The translations under genes and the position numbers were made by a program. Below, one piece after another: positions 23,602 to 36,709 of a stretch of 64,000 nt of DNA. The DNA lies in contig NC_135759.1 of assembly GCF_052425735.1 (NCBI RefSeq), forward strand, positions 6,634,001-6,698,000, written 5' to 3'. The notes below the pieces were generated by a model. It did not search any database and had not been told where the DNA came from. It saw only the letters and a program-made list of their open reading frames with translations. Each line of letters starts with the position of its first letter. The first letter of the stretch is position 1. Source of the stretch: Oculina patagonica. Lineage: Eukaryota.

Positions 23602-25529
23602 CGCATTTTGTAAACATTATTGAAGATAATAGCCTAGTAGCAAGACTTAATCTTACAGGTGAGCCCACAGTGAGACAAGTCCTTCAAAGCGTAAATCAAT
23701 CCGAGGCTTTCAATTCGTGTCGTTTGTCAATTTTGGATTACCTTATGGATTATCGTAAATTGATTCATAAACGATTTGATTATTTTGTTTTATGACCAAA
23801 GCACCTGGTGGGTTTCTATAATTTCACTTGTACAACAAGAAAACATATTTTTATGGCATGCAATAAATCTCTTAACCAAGCTTGCTCGGGACGGTCTTCG
23901 GTCTTTTCTGTACGACCTCGCTACCCGCGGTCCGTACTGTCAAGACTCGGGCTGATGTCGCCCCAGTATGATCCTCGCGTTTCTTATTATGTATCTTTTG
24001 TCTTTATTAACTTACATATGCTGAGGAATAAGGGGAATAGTTTCGGTGTACCCCCGAAGGGTAAATGCCTCTGGTTCGACTGTCGTTATAGGATTATTCG
24101 ATAACATTCTGAAAAATAAAGAACCAAAAAAATGTTGAAAGTACCACAGACAATGCCTAAATTAGTTATCACAGTCAAAATTTAAAGGCTCTTTGAGCAA
24201 ACTCAAGACGCAGTGAAAAGCAGTTTAGGCTTTCAGCTAGTCGATCATCATTACTCATGGATGACTCATTTCGTTGTATTAATTAGTTTTTCTAACCATC
24301 ACTGAAATCTAAGATCGCTCATTCCCGGGCATTTGTATTGCAGGTTGTAGCTCCTTTAAATACCCTTTAGGAAGGGGGATTCGATGCTCTGTGAAGATAT
24401 GACCAGTGGGGCATTTGTCAGTGTAGTTTGGAAAAAAAGGAAAAGTGCGGAGAAGGGTTGGGCTCTCTTAGATTTGACTGACACACTATTTTGATGATTA
24501 CCTTATTTTTGGACTTTCTTTACTCGCAAATTTAAAACAACCCTTAAAATCTTAAATTGCAATGCAAGACAGCTCTCAGTATTTTTCTTTTGGACATTTT
24601 CCCGCGCTTTTTATTGTAGCCGCCAATCCAGGCTGTTCAGATTCGAAGCAAAATCCGTACTATGTTTTTTCTAGCGGTAGATATGAAAGTTGTTTCTTTT
24701 GACCAAAATTTGATTTATATGGAGAGCCTTTCATTCCCTTTTATGTTAAATTGCGCCTCTTTTCATCAGAATGGAGTGTGAGGAAATCGGGTCACTATCG
24801 GTCGTAGCCAATCAGAGAGAGGCAGTGTGGAAGAGCGTGAGCCTGTGCCCTAGACCGTTCTACGTGACTCAGCCCTTGTCACGCAACAGCGTGACTACCT
24901 CTCGTTATGAGTGAAAAATACGGGAAATACGGGCATGCTAACTATTTGGATTATGATTCCGAGTGCGATGGAAATAAAGTAAGTAAAGCAAATGGCTTAC
25001 TCCTTCTTCGAAATCGCCCATGGCACCATTCATCACATCGTCACTATTCTCTTCCATCTTGCACTTATGTACAACACGTTTCGAAAAAAGGGAAACCTCC
25101 TTTTGCATTTATATAGACCACAATGGATCTCCAAGGATACCCCTCTTGTTCTTATAGAGATGCAATTCTCCACCTTTACAAAGGACACATTTTCTGCAGT
25201 TGCCTGCAGATTTTCTGCACTACCTGCACATTTACTGCAGTGCAGAACATGCGCAGTTCAGTCGAGTGCAGTCCATTTGATGTATTGCCGTGGTATTGAA
25301 TGGCGCTCATTTTGTTTTCCTTATCTACACCTGGAGTGTGGACATTACGCCGCATCAATGTCGTTATTGTCACAAGCCATTCATTCGCATTGGAAGTAAA
25401 AGGCATCACGAGAAATTTACTTTTTAGAAGGGGTTTGAGCATGGCCAAGACTCTCCAGAAGATTTTGCCAAGAGTATATTGCCTGTTGAAACGTCAAATG
25501 GAAACCCAGGAGGAATAGAAAAGGGAGAG

Positions 25530-26420
25530 GCGTTTCGGTTCAAGACACCCACAAGTATTTTGGTCGTGGATACCTCTGGTTGCGGAAAGACGTGCTTTAC
25601 CGAGTCGTTTTTTTTAATCACTCAGAAAAGCTGTTTAGTACACCCCTTGAGACCATTTATTAATGTTGCGGGGTCTGGCAAGATGGATTCAGAGACATGC
25701 AAGAGGCGTGGGTACAATTTCACGAAGGGGTTCCTTTAACCTCCCAACTGAAAAAATGGTTTCCGAACGATGGATTCCTTGTGTTGGACGATCTTTTGAC
25801 AAAGGGAAGTGAAGATAAAGAGTGACTAGATTTGTTCACTAAACACTCTCATCATCAAAATATCACCGTCATGCATGTTTTTTTCCTTTTTTTCCATTTG
25901 TTTTTTTGCCATTTTCATTACTTTTTTTGTATACATGTAAATTAATAGAAAATAGTGAAAGAGAGTATTTGTAATTATTATTATTGTTTAAGTAAATATT
26001 ATTGTAAGTAATTATATTGTAAAGTAATTAAGAACAGATTGATTGCTAAAACAGCAATTGCGCGGCTGTTTTAGTTTAACAATAAATTGTAACTGTTTGT
26101 AATTGTATGTTTGTACTTTGTGTTGTAGATGAATAAAAAAAATGTTTTTGTGTCAAGATATGTTCCCACCGGGTAAATACGCCAAGAGTATTCCCAAGAA
26201 TGCACACTACATCATAGCCTTCAAGAAATCTCACGACCAACTTGCTATGCGGAATTTACTGCTTCAAGTTTTTCCCACCTTCTGGCCAGACATTATGACG
26301 GTATATCAGAAAGTGGCGGAAGGACCTTTCAGGTACTTGGCCTTGGACCTGCACCCAGCCAGTGATGACAGGAGACGGGTACTTATTCACCTGTTGATGC
26401 ACGAATGATACCCACGCTGG
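25530..26420 (+). pseudogene. A32/FtsK-like DNA-packaging ATPase pseudogene
   Basis: FRFKTPTSILVVDTSGCGKT (decayed Walker A), LVLDDL (Walker B), FTKHSHHQNITV...LCQDMFPPGKYAKSIPKNAHYIIAFK. Has frameshifts and an AT-rich insert at ~25875-26141. Confidence 0.85.
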
Positions 26421-26543
26421 TATCGATGATTGGTGGAGGACGCTTGAACGCTAAAAAATTGAATACTAGAAATCACTTCAAACGACTCCAGCTCAGCTGA
26501 GGTACGCTTTCTTGGGTGAAACATTGACGAGAAGAAAAATACA

Positions 26544-29500
26544 ATGGCTAATCGCTCACCAGATATTTTTGACACCGAGCCAGAAGGTGGAAGCGATGAA
26601 GAAAATGTAGAGGAAAAGGATCCTAAAGAGTAACCTGAGGAAGAGGAGGAGGAGGAGAATAGTAGCAGCTCAGAAGAGGAAGGGGAAGTGGAGCACGATG
26701 AGCCAGACTATGATCCGTGGGATCCGTTACGTAAAGAAGTGGGGGCCGAAGATATCAAAGAATCGTACATGGGAGAGGTTAAACGGTTTCTCGATAACGG
26801 TAAAACCGAAGACTATGCCGAGAATGCCGCTTTCAATGCCTTGTTACCACTAATAAGAAGTAATAATAAATAAATAAATAAAAAGTATTTTTATAGCGCC
26901 AAAATCCACTAATTGCTCATGGCGCTTTACAATAAAAAAAAATATTAATAAAATGATGTTAAAAAGTTAAAAGCTCTAACAATTTTAAAAAACGGATATT
27001 TACAAATATAAGTTCAAATGTACCTAAAAAAATAATAATAATTAAAAAGCCTGTTTAAAAAGGTACGTTTTTAAATGTCTCTTAAAAATGTCAATAGAAG
27101 GACTTAATCTAAGTTCAAGTGGGATTGTGTTCCACAGCCTTGGGGCTGCCACGGCAAACGCTCTCTCTCCATATGTTTTTAATTTTGCTTTGGGGGTCGC
27201 CAGAAGGTGCTGTGTAGATGATCTTGAAAAATCTCCGAGAGGTGTGATAGTAAAGTAACTCTTGCATGTAGCAAGGCGCTGCCCCATGGAGAGCTTTGTA
27301 GACTAGTAAGAGAATTTTGTAAATTATACGATAGCGGACAGGTAGCCAGTGTAGCTTCTTAAGCACAGGGGTAATATGATCGAATTTCCTAGTATGCGTA
27401 ATAATTCGAGCTGCCGTATTTTGAACGGATTGTAATCTTGAAAGTAGATGCTGTGGAAGACCATATAGCAGTGAGTTGCAGTTATCCAACTTCGAAGTAA
27501 TAAAGGCATGAACAACAGTTTTGGCACTCTCTTCATCAATGTACTTTCTAATTTTGGCTAGATTCCTTATATGGTAATGAGAAGACTTGCAGATTGATTT
27601 GATGTGTTCCTCAAGGTTAAAACACTGATCAAAAATAGCGCCCAGATTTCGAGCTGAGGATGTTGGTACAACGTTCACATTGCCAATTTGAAGAGACTCT
27701 AAAGGAGGCCTAGGGCGATACCTTGAGCTGATAAGAACAACTTCAGTCTTTTCTTGATTTAATTTAAGCTTGTTGACAGCCATCCAGTTGTCAGTATCAC
27801 AGACACACTGCTCAATCGAAGTTTTACACTGTGCCATTCTATCAAGACTGTCAGTTTTAAACGCCACATAAAGCTGTGTGTCGTCAGCATAGAAATGGTA
27901 CTCTAAGTTGTGACGCTTGATAATGTCGGCAAGAGGTGATGTATACAGTAAGTATAAGAGAGGACCAAGGACTGATCCTTGCGGTACGCCACGTTCCAAG
28001 AAACGTCGAGAAGATCTACTGTTATTGACTTTAACGAACTGTGTACGTGATGTTAAATATGATTTTAGCCAAGAAAGTACTGTTCCTTTGATCCCAAACC
28101 GAGTAGATAGCCTTGATAATAAGATGAAATGGTCTACAGTGTCAAAGGCGGCCGATAAATCAAGTAAAAGTAGAATAACGGAGTTATTGTTGTCGATAGC
28201 AGTAAGAATATCATTGTGAACTCTTACAAGGGCTGTCTCTGTGCTGTGAAATCTTTTATAAGCAGATTGAAATGTCTCACCAAGGTGGTGCTTCAATATG
28301 TGATCGTTTAATTGCGAAGCAACAGCTTTCTCTATCAGCTTAGACTCAAATTTCAGATTTGAGATTGGCCGAAAGTTTTGTAGTTGCTCAGTATCGGCGT
28401 CTTGTTTCTTGAGAAGTGGTCTTAATACGGCAACTTTAAGAGCATGTGGCATTATACCAGTCATAAGGGACATGTTTATAATAGAGGTTAAAGTAGGTAA
28501 GATGACATGGAGGCAGGTTTTTAGGACATATGCAGGTACTGGATAGAGCTCACATGATTTTGACGATGTTTTCGTGGCAAATACTTTCACCTGGTCCAAA
28601 GTAACTTGCTGAAAGTTGTGAATTTCCGTATTACACGAAGGCCTATCTGTGGTGCGAGGTGAATTGAGGTCATTCTCTACAGTCCTTTCCATTAGTGTAT
28701 TGTGTATCTTGTCAACTTTACTGATGAAAAAATTGTTGAATGCATTTGCAAGGCTGGTGGAATCAGAAAAACTGGAAGGATATTGTTGCTCCTTCTGTTT
28801 CTGGAGCAACTTGTTTACAGTTTTAAATAACGTCCTTTGATCACCTGAGATCTCACTGATAATAGTAGTGTAATAAGCTGATTTTGCTGAATCAATTAAG
28901 TTATTTACAACGCTACATTGATGAACGTATAGTTCACGATCACTTGGTAGTCGTGTGGAACGCCACTTTCTTTCCAGTTTTCTTCTGATGCGTTTATTTT
29001 GGGCAATCTCAGTTGAATACCAGGGTGCTGATGGACGAACTGTTACTGTACGTTGCTTGGTAGGTGCATGCCGATCTAACAACGAGCGTAGCACGTTATC
29101 ATACTGGTCAACCAAGACGTCTAAATCAGAAGATGGCTCCATAATTTGAAGGGAATCAGTAATGTCATTGCAGAAGGTGTTAAAGTCAATTGAATGGAGT
29201 TTTCGATAAGTTATGGTTTTCTTCTTGAATTGAGGTTTCTGTAGCAGCAGATTGATATTTACCGCAGAATGGTCTGAAATCACTGGATCAAAAGTTGAAA
29301 CACCACCGAGAAATGCATCATTCGATTTGGTGATCACAAGATCGAGGGTATGACCACTAATGTGGGTGACTTCAGTTACATGTTGGCTGCGATTATAGGA
29401 CTGCAGAATATCCATAAATCTTTTAGCTTGAAAAATTATCAACATCATCGACATGTTAATTAAAATATCCAACTATTAGCAAACCTCCAGGTGAATCAGC

Positions 29501-29916
29501 CGTTTGCTCAATTATAGTTTTGAAAACTCTTCATAGAATAAGTCATAAGACGAATGGCCAGGAGGGCGATAAATCACAAGAATCCTGATGCTTTGAAGAC
29601 TACGAAAACGAGCATCCATGTATTCGAAGGATTCAAACTTGTCAATGATCTGGTTGTTTACATCTAGAGTTTCTTTAAATAATAGGCCAACACCACCGCT
29701 AGGCTGGGGAAGGCCTACTTAGAGCGTCTAAAATGGACTTACCGTATCAAACGCTACGCACTACACCGTAAAGTTATGAAAGACGAAGACGACATGGATT
29801 TCAACGAAGCAGCCCAGTCAGCGGTGGAAAAACGGAAATTCTTGTTAAGCAGTGTCATGAGAAAGAAGTTACTCTCCGACGAGTCGAATGATGACAAAGA
29901 CGAAGTGGAAATCTAA
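26544..29916 (+). pseudogene. Polinton-associated acidic ORF split by the L2 LINE
   Basis: ...AENAAFNALLPLIRS (ends 26861) continues as RLGKAYLERLKW...HRKVMK..DMDFNEAAQSAVEKRKFLL (from 29701) once the LINE is removed. Confidence 0.7.
26862..29699 (-). mobile_element. 5'-truncated L2/CR1-group LINE (APE + RT)
   Basis: ORF 27115-29472 with GHTLDL, SDH, FRPISNL, LDLSAAFDTVDH, GVPQGSVLGP, YADD. Frameshifted C-terminus (27042-27287); 3' stem-loop and (TTTA)n/(TTA)n tail. Confidence 0.92.
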
Positions 29917-30491
29917 GCCAATAAGACAACGTGATTGTAGGGTTTTATGCATTATTTGTAAGATGCCACACAAGATGAGTTGCTTCATCATTTACTACTG
30001 AGAGGGGAACGAGAAGACATTGTGCAGTAGAGCTTAACACAACTGAAAACATGGAGCGAATCCTAGCCCGGGATAAACAATGGCGTACAGAAGATGCTGA
30101 GACTATCAAAGCTCGTCGTGAAACAAATCAACAGGATCCGAAGAGCATACTGTAAAAACAACAAGGAGCGTTTAGCGATTACCACAGAAAATACCGTAGA
30201 AAGAACAGGGAACGGATCAACGAAAGATGGAGACAATATTACGTAAAGAGCAAGGAGCGGATCAATCTAAGACTTCGTGGTAAAAAAAAACAAGCAGAAA
30301 AAGGAGAGAATGATACCACACGTTTTGGGCTGTAAGTGGAAGGGACCTGGGATCCAGTGTCTGCGAGAGGGCATTTTCAAATTCAATTTCCAGCGAACAT
30401 GTGATTACGCTTTGTGAAATATTGACGTGAATTTAATTTTGTTAATGCACTGCGATTAAAATAGGTTGGGGAACATCCCTCTGTACTTGAT

Positions 30492-30622
30492 NNNNNNNNN
30501 NNNNNNNNNNNNNNNNNNNNNNNNNNNNNNNNNNNNNNNNNNNNNNNNNNNNNNNNNNNNNNNNNNNNNNNNNNNNNNNNNNNNNNNNNNNNNNNNNNNN
30601 NNNNNNNNNNNNNNNNNNNNNN
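30492..30622. other. Assembly gap (N run)
   Basis: Run of n. Confidence 1.
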
Positions 30623-31846
30623 GAGGGTGACACCTGACAGTAATCAAACTGATAAACTTGTGGCCCTCACAAACAAGGAAATGGGGAATCCCTCCCGTGA
30701 CACTATACTGCAGCCTACATAATATATAACAACATAGGCGTAAAAGGGGTTTCTATAAGAACACGAGGAGTATCCTTGGAGAACCATTGTGGTCCATTAA
30801 AATGCAAAAGGAGGTTTGGTTTTTTATTCCAAAACGATAGTGACCCGATTTCCTCGCATTCCATTCTGATTCAGATTAGACACTGAACAAAACACCCTTT
30901 GCTTCCTCGTGATCCCCCTAGACACACACTCTGTTCAGATTTTTCCCTAAATCGGGTGCCGGTCACTAGGACTAGAGGCATGCATCCCGCAGTGTGTACA
31001 TCCAGGTTTTTTGAGAATAATATAATTTTGAACAACTTATTTCCGGTTTGGTCACTTCCGGTGAGGTCACTTTCGTCGACGGTTGCTATGGCAGCAATTT
31101 ACGATGACTGCCTGTCTAAATCAGCCCTATGTGGACCGATAAGACTACTAGCTACTACTGACAGAGAAGAAAAAGGGCCCGAATTGAAAAGAACTTTTAA
31201 ATTCTTTTTGCAGGCCCAAGAGAGGCCCACAACCCTAATCTTGACAGTAACCAGCGGATTGCGTAGCACGCGTGCGCGCCACGTTTATAACAGAGCAGCT
31301 CGAAACCGGAAGTTGAAAATTTCTTCTTCCACCAAGATCGATAAGAATGCGAAAAATGTGTCAATCACAACAACACGTGCCTCAACCGGAAGTTGAAAAT
31401 TTTGATCTTCCAGATCCCCCAAGAATGCTTAGAATGCAATCACGAACAGTTTATCCCGTGACATCGAAGCCTTCATCAATCGCCTCTATCACCATGCATG
31501 AAATTTTCCTCAATGTTTACGAAACCAACGCGTTTAAATGGAATCTGTAGAACGATCTTAACTTGTTGTTTTACTTATGTAACACAATGGAGGAACGTTC
31601 GCTTGTGTTCGGGGTTCGAAGAAAATGGAAATATTGTCTGCTCAAACTGGCAAAGAAATCGTTGGAACAGACTACAGCCGTACTTGAAGGATTCTATCTA
31701 GGCCCGCACTTTCTAACTTGTGGTTACCACCAGTTTAAAAAAGTATTAGTGGTACTCGCTTTCGCATTCTTGCAAGTGTACATCCGTGCACCATATACAC
31801 TTTAGATGAAGGAATCAAATATACAATGAGATAAAAGAGAACTCAC

Positions 31847-32008
31847 CTGAATTAAGGCATGGTTCTTGTTTTCATACGACGTTTTGGTCGTTTATTCTTG
31901 ATTTGTTCTTTTTCTCAAAAACGTTGCTTCGCTTTGTTTTTTTATATAGGAAATGAGACTTTCCAATGATTGGCTCAGCTCTAAGTTGTCTTGTGACTGA
32001 CCACGCCC
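31847..32008 (-). promoter_or_regulatory. Candidate Pol II promoter and non-coding first exon
   Basis: In minus-strand order: GC box GGGCGTGG (32001-8), CCAAT box AGCCAATC (31968-75), kB-like GAGACTTTCC (31955-64), TATATAAA (31941-8), then a perfect donor CAG|GTGAGT at 31847/31846. Confidence 0.6.
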
Positions 32009-34330
32009 ACAATTGTAAAAATTATGTGCATTTAAGTTACGGGATGTAAATGTACAAGAAAACTCTCCTTTTGTCTCTTAAAACCTTAACCTCACCTATC
32101 CAAAAGCCCTGCTAAACGGCGATTCTGAAAAATGTTTATTACTTCTTCATTATTTCCCTTTTTGCCTAGTCCCAGTCTCTCTACAAAGGAAAGACGTTGT
32201 AATTGAAACAAAAGAAATAAATTTGTAAATTCTCTATACTTGGTAGTAACAGCCATTAGCAGAAATCAAAATTAGTCGATTATTATATCTGCAAGTTCTC
32301 GTAAATTTGGTTTGAAATTTATATCAATAATTGGGTGTGGTATGTCACGTGACCAAGCAGGAATGACCTTTAAACCAAAAACTAAAACATTTCGTACAAA
32401 AATCTCACCTTATAAGTGAAAGCTTGAATAACTTTTTGATTAGACCATGCCCTCCAAATTTAGCCTGACCCATTCCTTAATTCAATTGAGAAACTGAATT
32501 GCTAATGTTCATTAATACTCACAACATGCCAGTAACATAATAAAAGGCTCGATATGGAATAGTCTTCAATCGGTTTGAACTTAGGGAACTAAAAAATAAG
32601 AAAAACAAAAGATGCCTGGTGTAATCTATTGACGAATATTAATTAAACTAACTTCTGTAAGTTTACCTGAAATTAGAGAGTTATATCACACGCTAGTGGA
32701 ACAAGGAAGGATGGCATAGAATAAATTTAGCACGTCTGATCAATATATACAACCTAACCTGGCAATACTTACAGCACCCAAAAATTATTTGTCACAAAAG
32801 TCTCGTTTGAAATAAAGTTTATCATGTTGTTGTGAAGCAATCTGGTAATCAGTGAATAAAATGATTAGAAAGATAATATACACGTAACTTAAGAGGGGAT
32901 GTCACTACGGGCGGTCCACTGGATTTCGGACTCCAGAATAGTTTTCCTTCATATATTTACCACAGGTACTACCATCTATCCTTACTACTAAAATACAGTT
33001 GAAATGATCAGAGAGTTTGTTTTCCTCGACTTTGGAGGATTTATCAATTACTAGGTTCAATAAGCAATGAAACGGCCATTTTTCATGTGTCGAAATACAG
33101 CATTTCAAACGTTCGTTAAAATTACTTCGCGCTTATAAAAGCCCCAAAATTTGTACAAATTCAGCTAATTTTTATCAGGTCTTACTCATAATATATCATT
33201 TAGCTAACTTCCAATTCAAAATCGGAAGCGAACCACAATATTTATTGAACACCTTTAGTTATTTATGCGAACATCTCAAAAATATGTTCCCAAATCTTGC
33301 CGTAATTTTCACTTGTGGCACCTAGACGAGGCCTAAATTGCCATTCTACTTTTAGACTAAGAGTTATTCTTTCGATTTATGTAATAAAAATTGTGGCACA
33401 ACGCGACTTTGAGGAAAAAAAAATTCAAACGAATTCTTGGTATTTTCACCTATGAAGTATTGCGTGACAGACTTCACATTCCTTTACCGAGCCGTGTTCA
33501 GACACTTCATGTCAAGTTTCTCGATAGTTTTCGCCTCAATAGAGGGAAATCGTCCAAAAGTTCCAGAAATGGAAACAAAGTTTTCCTCCTTTTAGTTAAT
33601 TGGCACCAAATATTTTGTTTCCTGACATTTCAAATATATAATAATGATCAGGCTCGTTCCATGATTTGCCACTCACCTTGTTGACCTTGTTCCTGTTGAT
33701 GAAAAGTACGAGAATTCAATCGCGAAACTTTTGTGGTTGTCGTACGCAATCAAAAGTATGGTACTCAGTTACTTCATTGGTAGTAATGCTGTGGCAACTC
33801 TGTCTTAAAAAAGAGCCAATGACGAAAAGATACGAAGACTTACGAACGTAATACATTCGCTGACATTTGTGATCTTTTGAACATGACTCGGGTTGCGTTA
33901 CCTTCCGTGGTGGTGGTAGTGGGTAGGGTGGGAAGGGGGGGGAGGGGGGAATTACACCAGAAAATTTTGACGCCGCTCTACTCCAACGCACTGTAATTTA
34001 GATATGCCAATATAACTTCAAGGAACGCCATCAAAAGATCATACCCTATAAAAAGATCCGGCACCCAAAAAATCATAATTAGCTAGTACGTAGCCCATTT
34101 GGGTACTGTATCATCACTGCGTTATTGCGTCATTGAAACCGGCGGATCGGAACGCACCTTACCTAGGCTAACTTGAGCCGGAGTTCAAGCAGTTTTCTAA
34201 ACAGAATATCCATCGTTTAGTAACAACAACATAGCTTTTTTACAACAGCCATTAGGAAAATAAAAAAAACCTGTTATATTAGAAATTACATATGCTGGGA
34301 TGTGTTTTACCCCAAGTAACAGTGCTGTAA

Positions 34331-34746
34331 CCTGGGGGGGTACTCAAAAAAGTTTTATACGGGGAGGCTCCGCCCCAAGTTCTAACCCCTTACCCTTTTA
34401 TATACCATTTTGGACAGAAATTGTACCCCTTTCGTATGCCTTTTACTGAAAAAAGGTACCCCTTTCATATACCTAAAAGACACGTGACATAGCCTTAGAA
34501 CAGGACGTTTTTTTGTCATTTTTATGTAGCGCTTAATAAATTAAAATAATACAGTCATAAAGTGCGTCTGTTCGAAATATTTTAATTACTGACCTTTTAA
34601 AAAAACCTAAATGACGGATTTTCATACCCTTTCATATACCTAAACTTGTGAAATCGCTACCCTTTTATATACCTGAAGCCTGAAAAAGGTACCCCTTTCG
34701 GGCGGAGCCTCCCCGTATAGGCCGTTATATGGAGTAGCCCCCCGGG
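34331..34746. mobile_element. CCCGGG-terminated MITE in the left Sola3 arm
   Basis: 8-bp TSD TGCTGTAA (34323-30 / 34747-54), TACCCCTTT repeats. Absent from the right arm. Confidence 0.85.
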
Positions 34747-36300
34747 TGCTGTAAACACATCCCGTGTCTGTTTTAACAAACAGTGACCACAGATAAGGCA
34801 TCCACAGCGAACACACGCAATGATACGTCATTTCAAGCTTTTAATGATGCTGTTCACACTTAAAAATTAAAACACGAGTAGTACTTATGTTTCTAATTGC
34901 TCTATCAAACTTAATGCTATTAGCATAACCCAGCTGCTGTCTATTGGCAAACGTGCGATCTGACTGGTTACACAGATGCCTTCTATCGATCGTTAGCATA
35001 ACCACACTGACCTACTATTGGTAATCGCGCGATCTGATTGGCTACACAGGTGCCTACTATCGATCCGTAGAAGGCTCTTGGAGCGCGCACGTAGTCTTCG
35101 CTGAATTTTATCAATCAAAACCTTCAATAAAACAATTCTAGCGATATTCTGAGTTTAATAGATCGGTCAGTGGGTTATGCTAACACAATTAGACGGCTCG
35201 CTCTCGGTTTCTACCGGCTTTTGATACTATCAGCCGGTAGAAACCTCGAGCTTGCCGTCTAATTGTTAATTAGCAAGACCAAGCTGCCGTCCCGTCTATT
35301 GGCAAAACGCGCGATCTGATTGGCTACACAGGTGCCTTCTATTTAACAATTAGACGCCGAGCTCGAGGTTTCTATCGTCAAAGTTGTTTTAGCATAACCT
35401 ACTGAACGATCTATTATTCTCAGAAAATCGCCAGAATTGATTTATCGAAGGTTTTAACCGATCAGTAGCAAAACCCAGCTACAGTTTATTGGCAAAACGC
35501 ACGATCTGATTGGTTACACAGGTGCCGTCTATCGTTCGTTAGCCGGCTGTTGGTGCGCGCGCTCAGTTTTTTTTTTTTTTTTGCGGAATTTTATCAACAA
35601 AACATTCAAATAATCAACTCTAGCTACCTTTTGTGTTTAATAGATCGACAGCTGGGCTATGCTAAAACAATTAGACGGCTAGCCCTCGGTTTCTACCGGC
35701 TTGATAGCCGGTAGAAACCTCGAGCTTGCCAAAAGACGGTCTGTGTTGTTATGCTAACGATCGTTAGACGGCTCTTTGTGCGCGCGCTCAGAGCTCAACA
35801 AAAAATTCAAATAATCAACTTTGGTTTCTACCGGCTTTTGATAGTTAACTCGGGGCTTCGCCCCTCGCCAACTATCAGCCGGTAGAAACCTCGAGTTTGC
35901 CGTCTAATTGTTAATTAGGAATCTGATTCAGTTCACTATTTTGACAAGATTTTCAGTGTTAGCGCTTCCCTTAGCCTTCAGACGCACAATCTAGCGGGGA
36001 GATGAATGTCGCTTCCCATTGAGGTTTTTTCATAATTTTGATGTTAAGATTTATTACGGGTACTAAACGTATTCTACCCATCACGAAATTGTGTATGCTA
36101 TGCAGCAAGGCAGGTAGTCTTTTGTGAGCAAAATATAAGTATCGATTAGTAGGTTTGGCATTCCATTGCTACTGCCTTGTGCCTGTATCTTGGCAACATT
36201 GGCAGTCTTGTATAACTTCTTTAAGAGACAAACTAACTCTGCTTTTCGATGTTTGGAGCGAAATGAGACTTCAAAATGGCTGAGCATCTTTTTTAACATT

Positions 36301-36375
36301 GGCCGTTTTTATACTAGAGACGCGTTACCCGTCTAGACGAGCTTCGGCAGAAATTTTGTTGCTCGTCTAGTTATG

Positions 36376-36410
<35 letters not shown>

Positions 36411-36572
36411 CGTGACTAGACGAGCTTCCTTTCGTTATCCGTCTTTCAAGACGCATTTCGAAAAGTACCTCGTCTAGACGGGTAACGCGTAGTGTGCCCG
36501 TCTTTATACTAGGGACGCATAACTAGACGAGCAACAAAATTTTTGCCGAAGCTCGTCTAGACGGGTAACGGT
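36301..36572. repeat. Palindromic TCTAGACG-repeat MITE
   Basis: GTTACCCGTCTAGACGAGCTTCGGC... / ...GCCGAAGCTCGTCTAGACGGGTAAC. Confidence 0.7.
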
Positions 36573-36709
36573 CAAATTGCGATGTTAAACGACTCAATTT
36601 TTCCCCCTTTGTAATAATCACAGATGGATATCATAGTCATCAAAACATACAGGATATTTGAGGCCGAGTTTGTCATCGATTTCACACATCCAACTGCAGC
36701 GGTCTGATA

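Larger units (their letters stand above)
24766..30869 (+). mobile_element. Decayed, internally deleted Polinton/Maverick (adintovirus-like) element
   Basis: Inverted repeats 24765-24800 / 30835-30870 and 25093-25158 / 30752-30817. Encloses a packaging-ATPase remnant and other decayed + strand ORFs. Spans the assembly gap. Confidence 0.75.

Noticed and set aside
30899-31805. + strand ORFs of 165, 67 and 80 aa after the Polinton TIR
   Set aside because: Fragmented and unassignable. Probably another decayed element (AACCGGAAGTTGAAAAT repeats).
32905-33851. Identical ORF pairs at 32905/39825 and 33666/39083 as duplicated genes
   Set aside because: By-products of the near-identical TIRs; the products are not protein-like.
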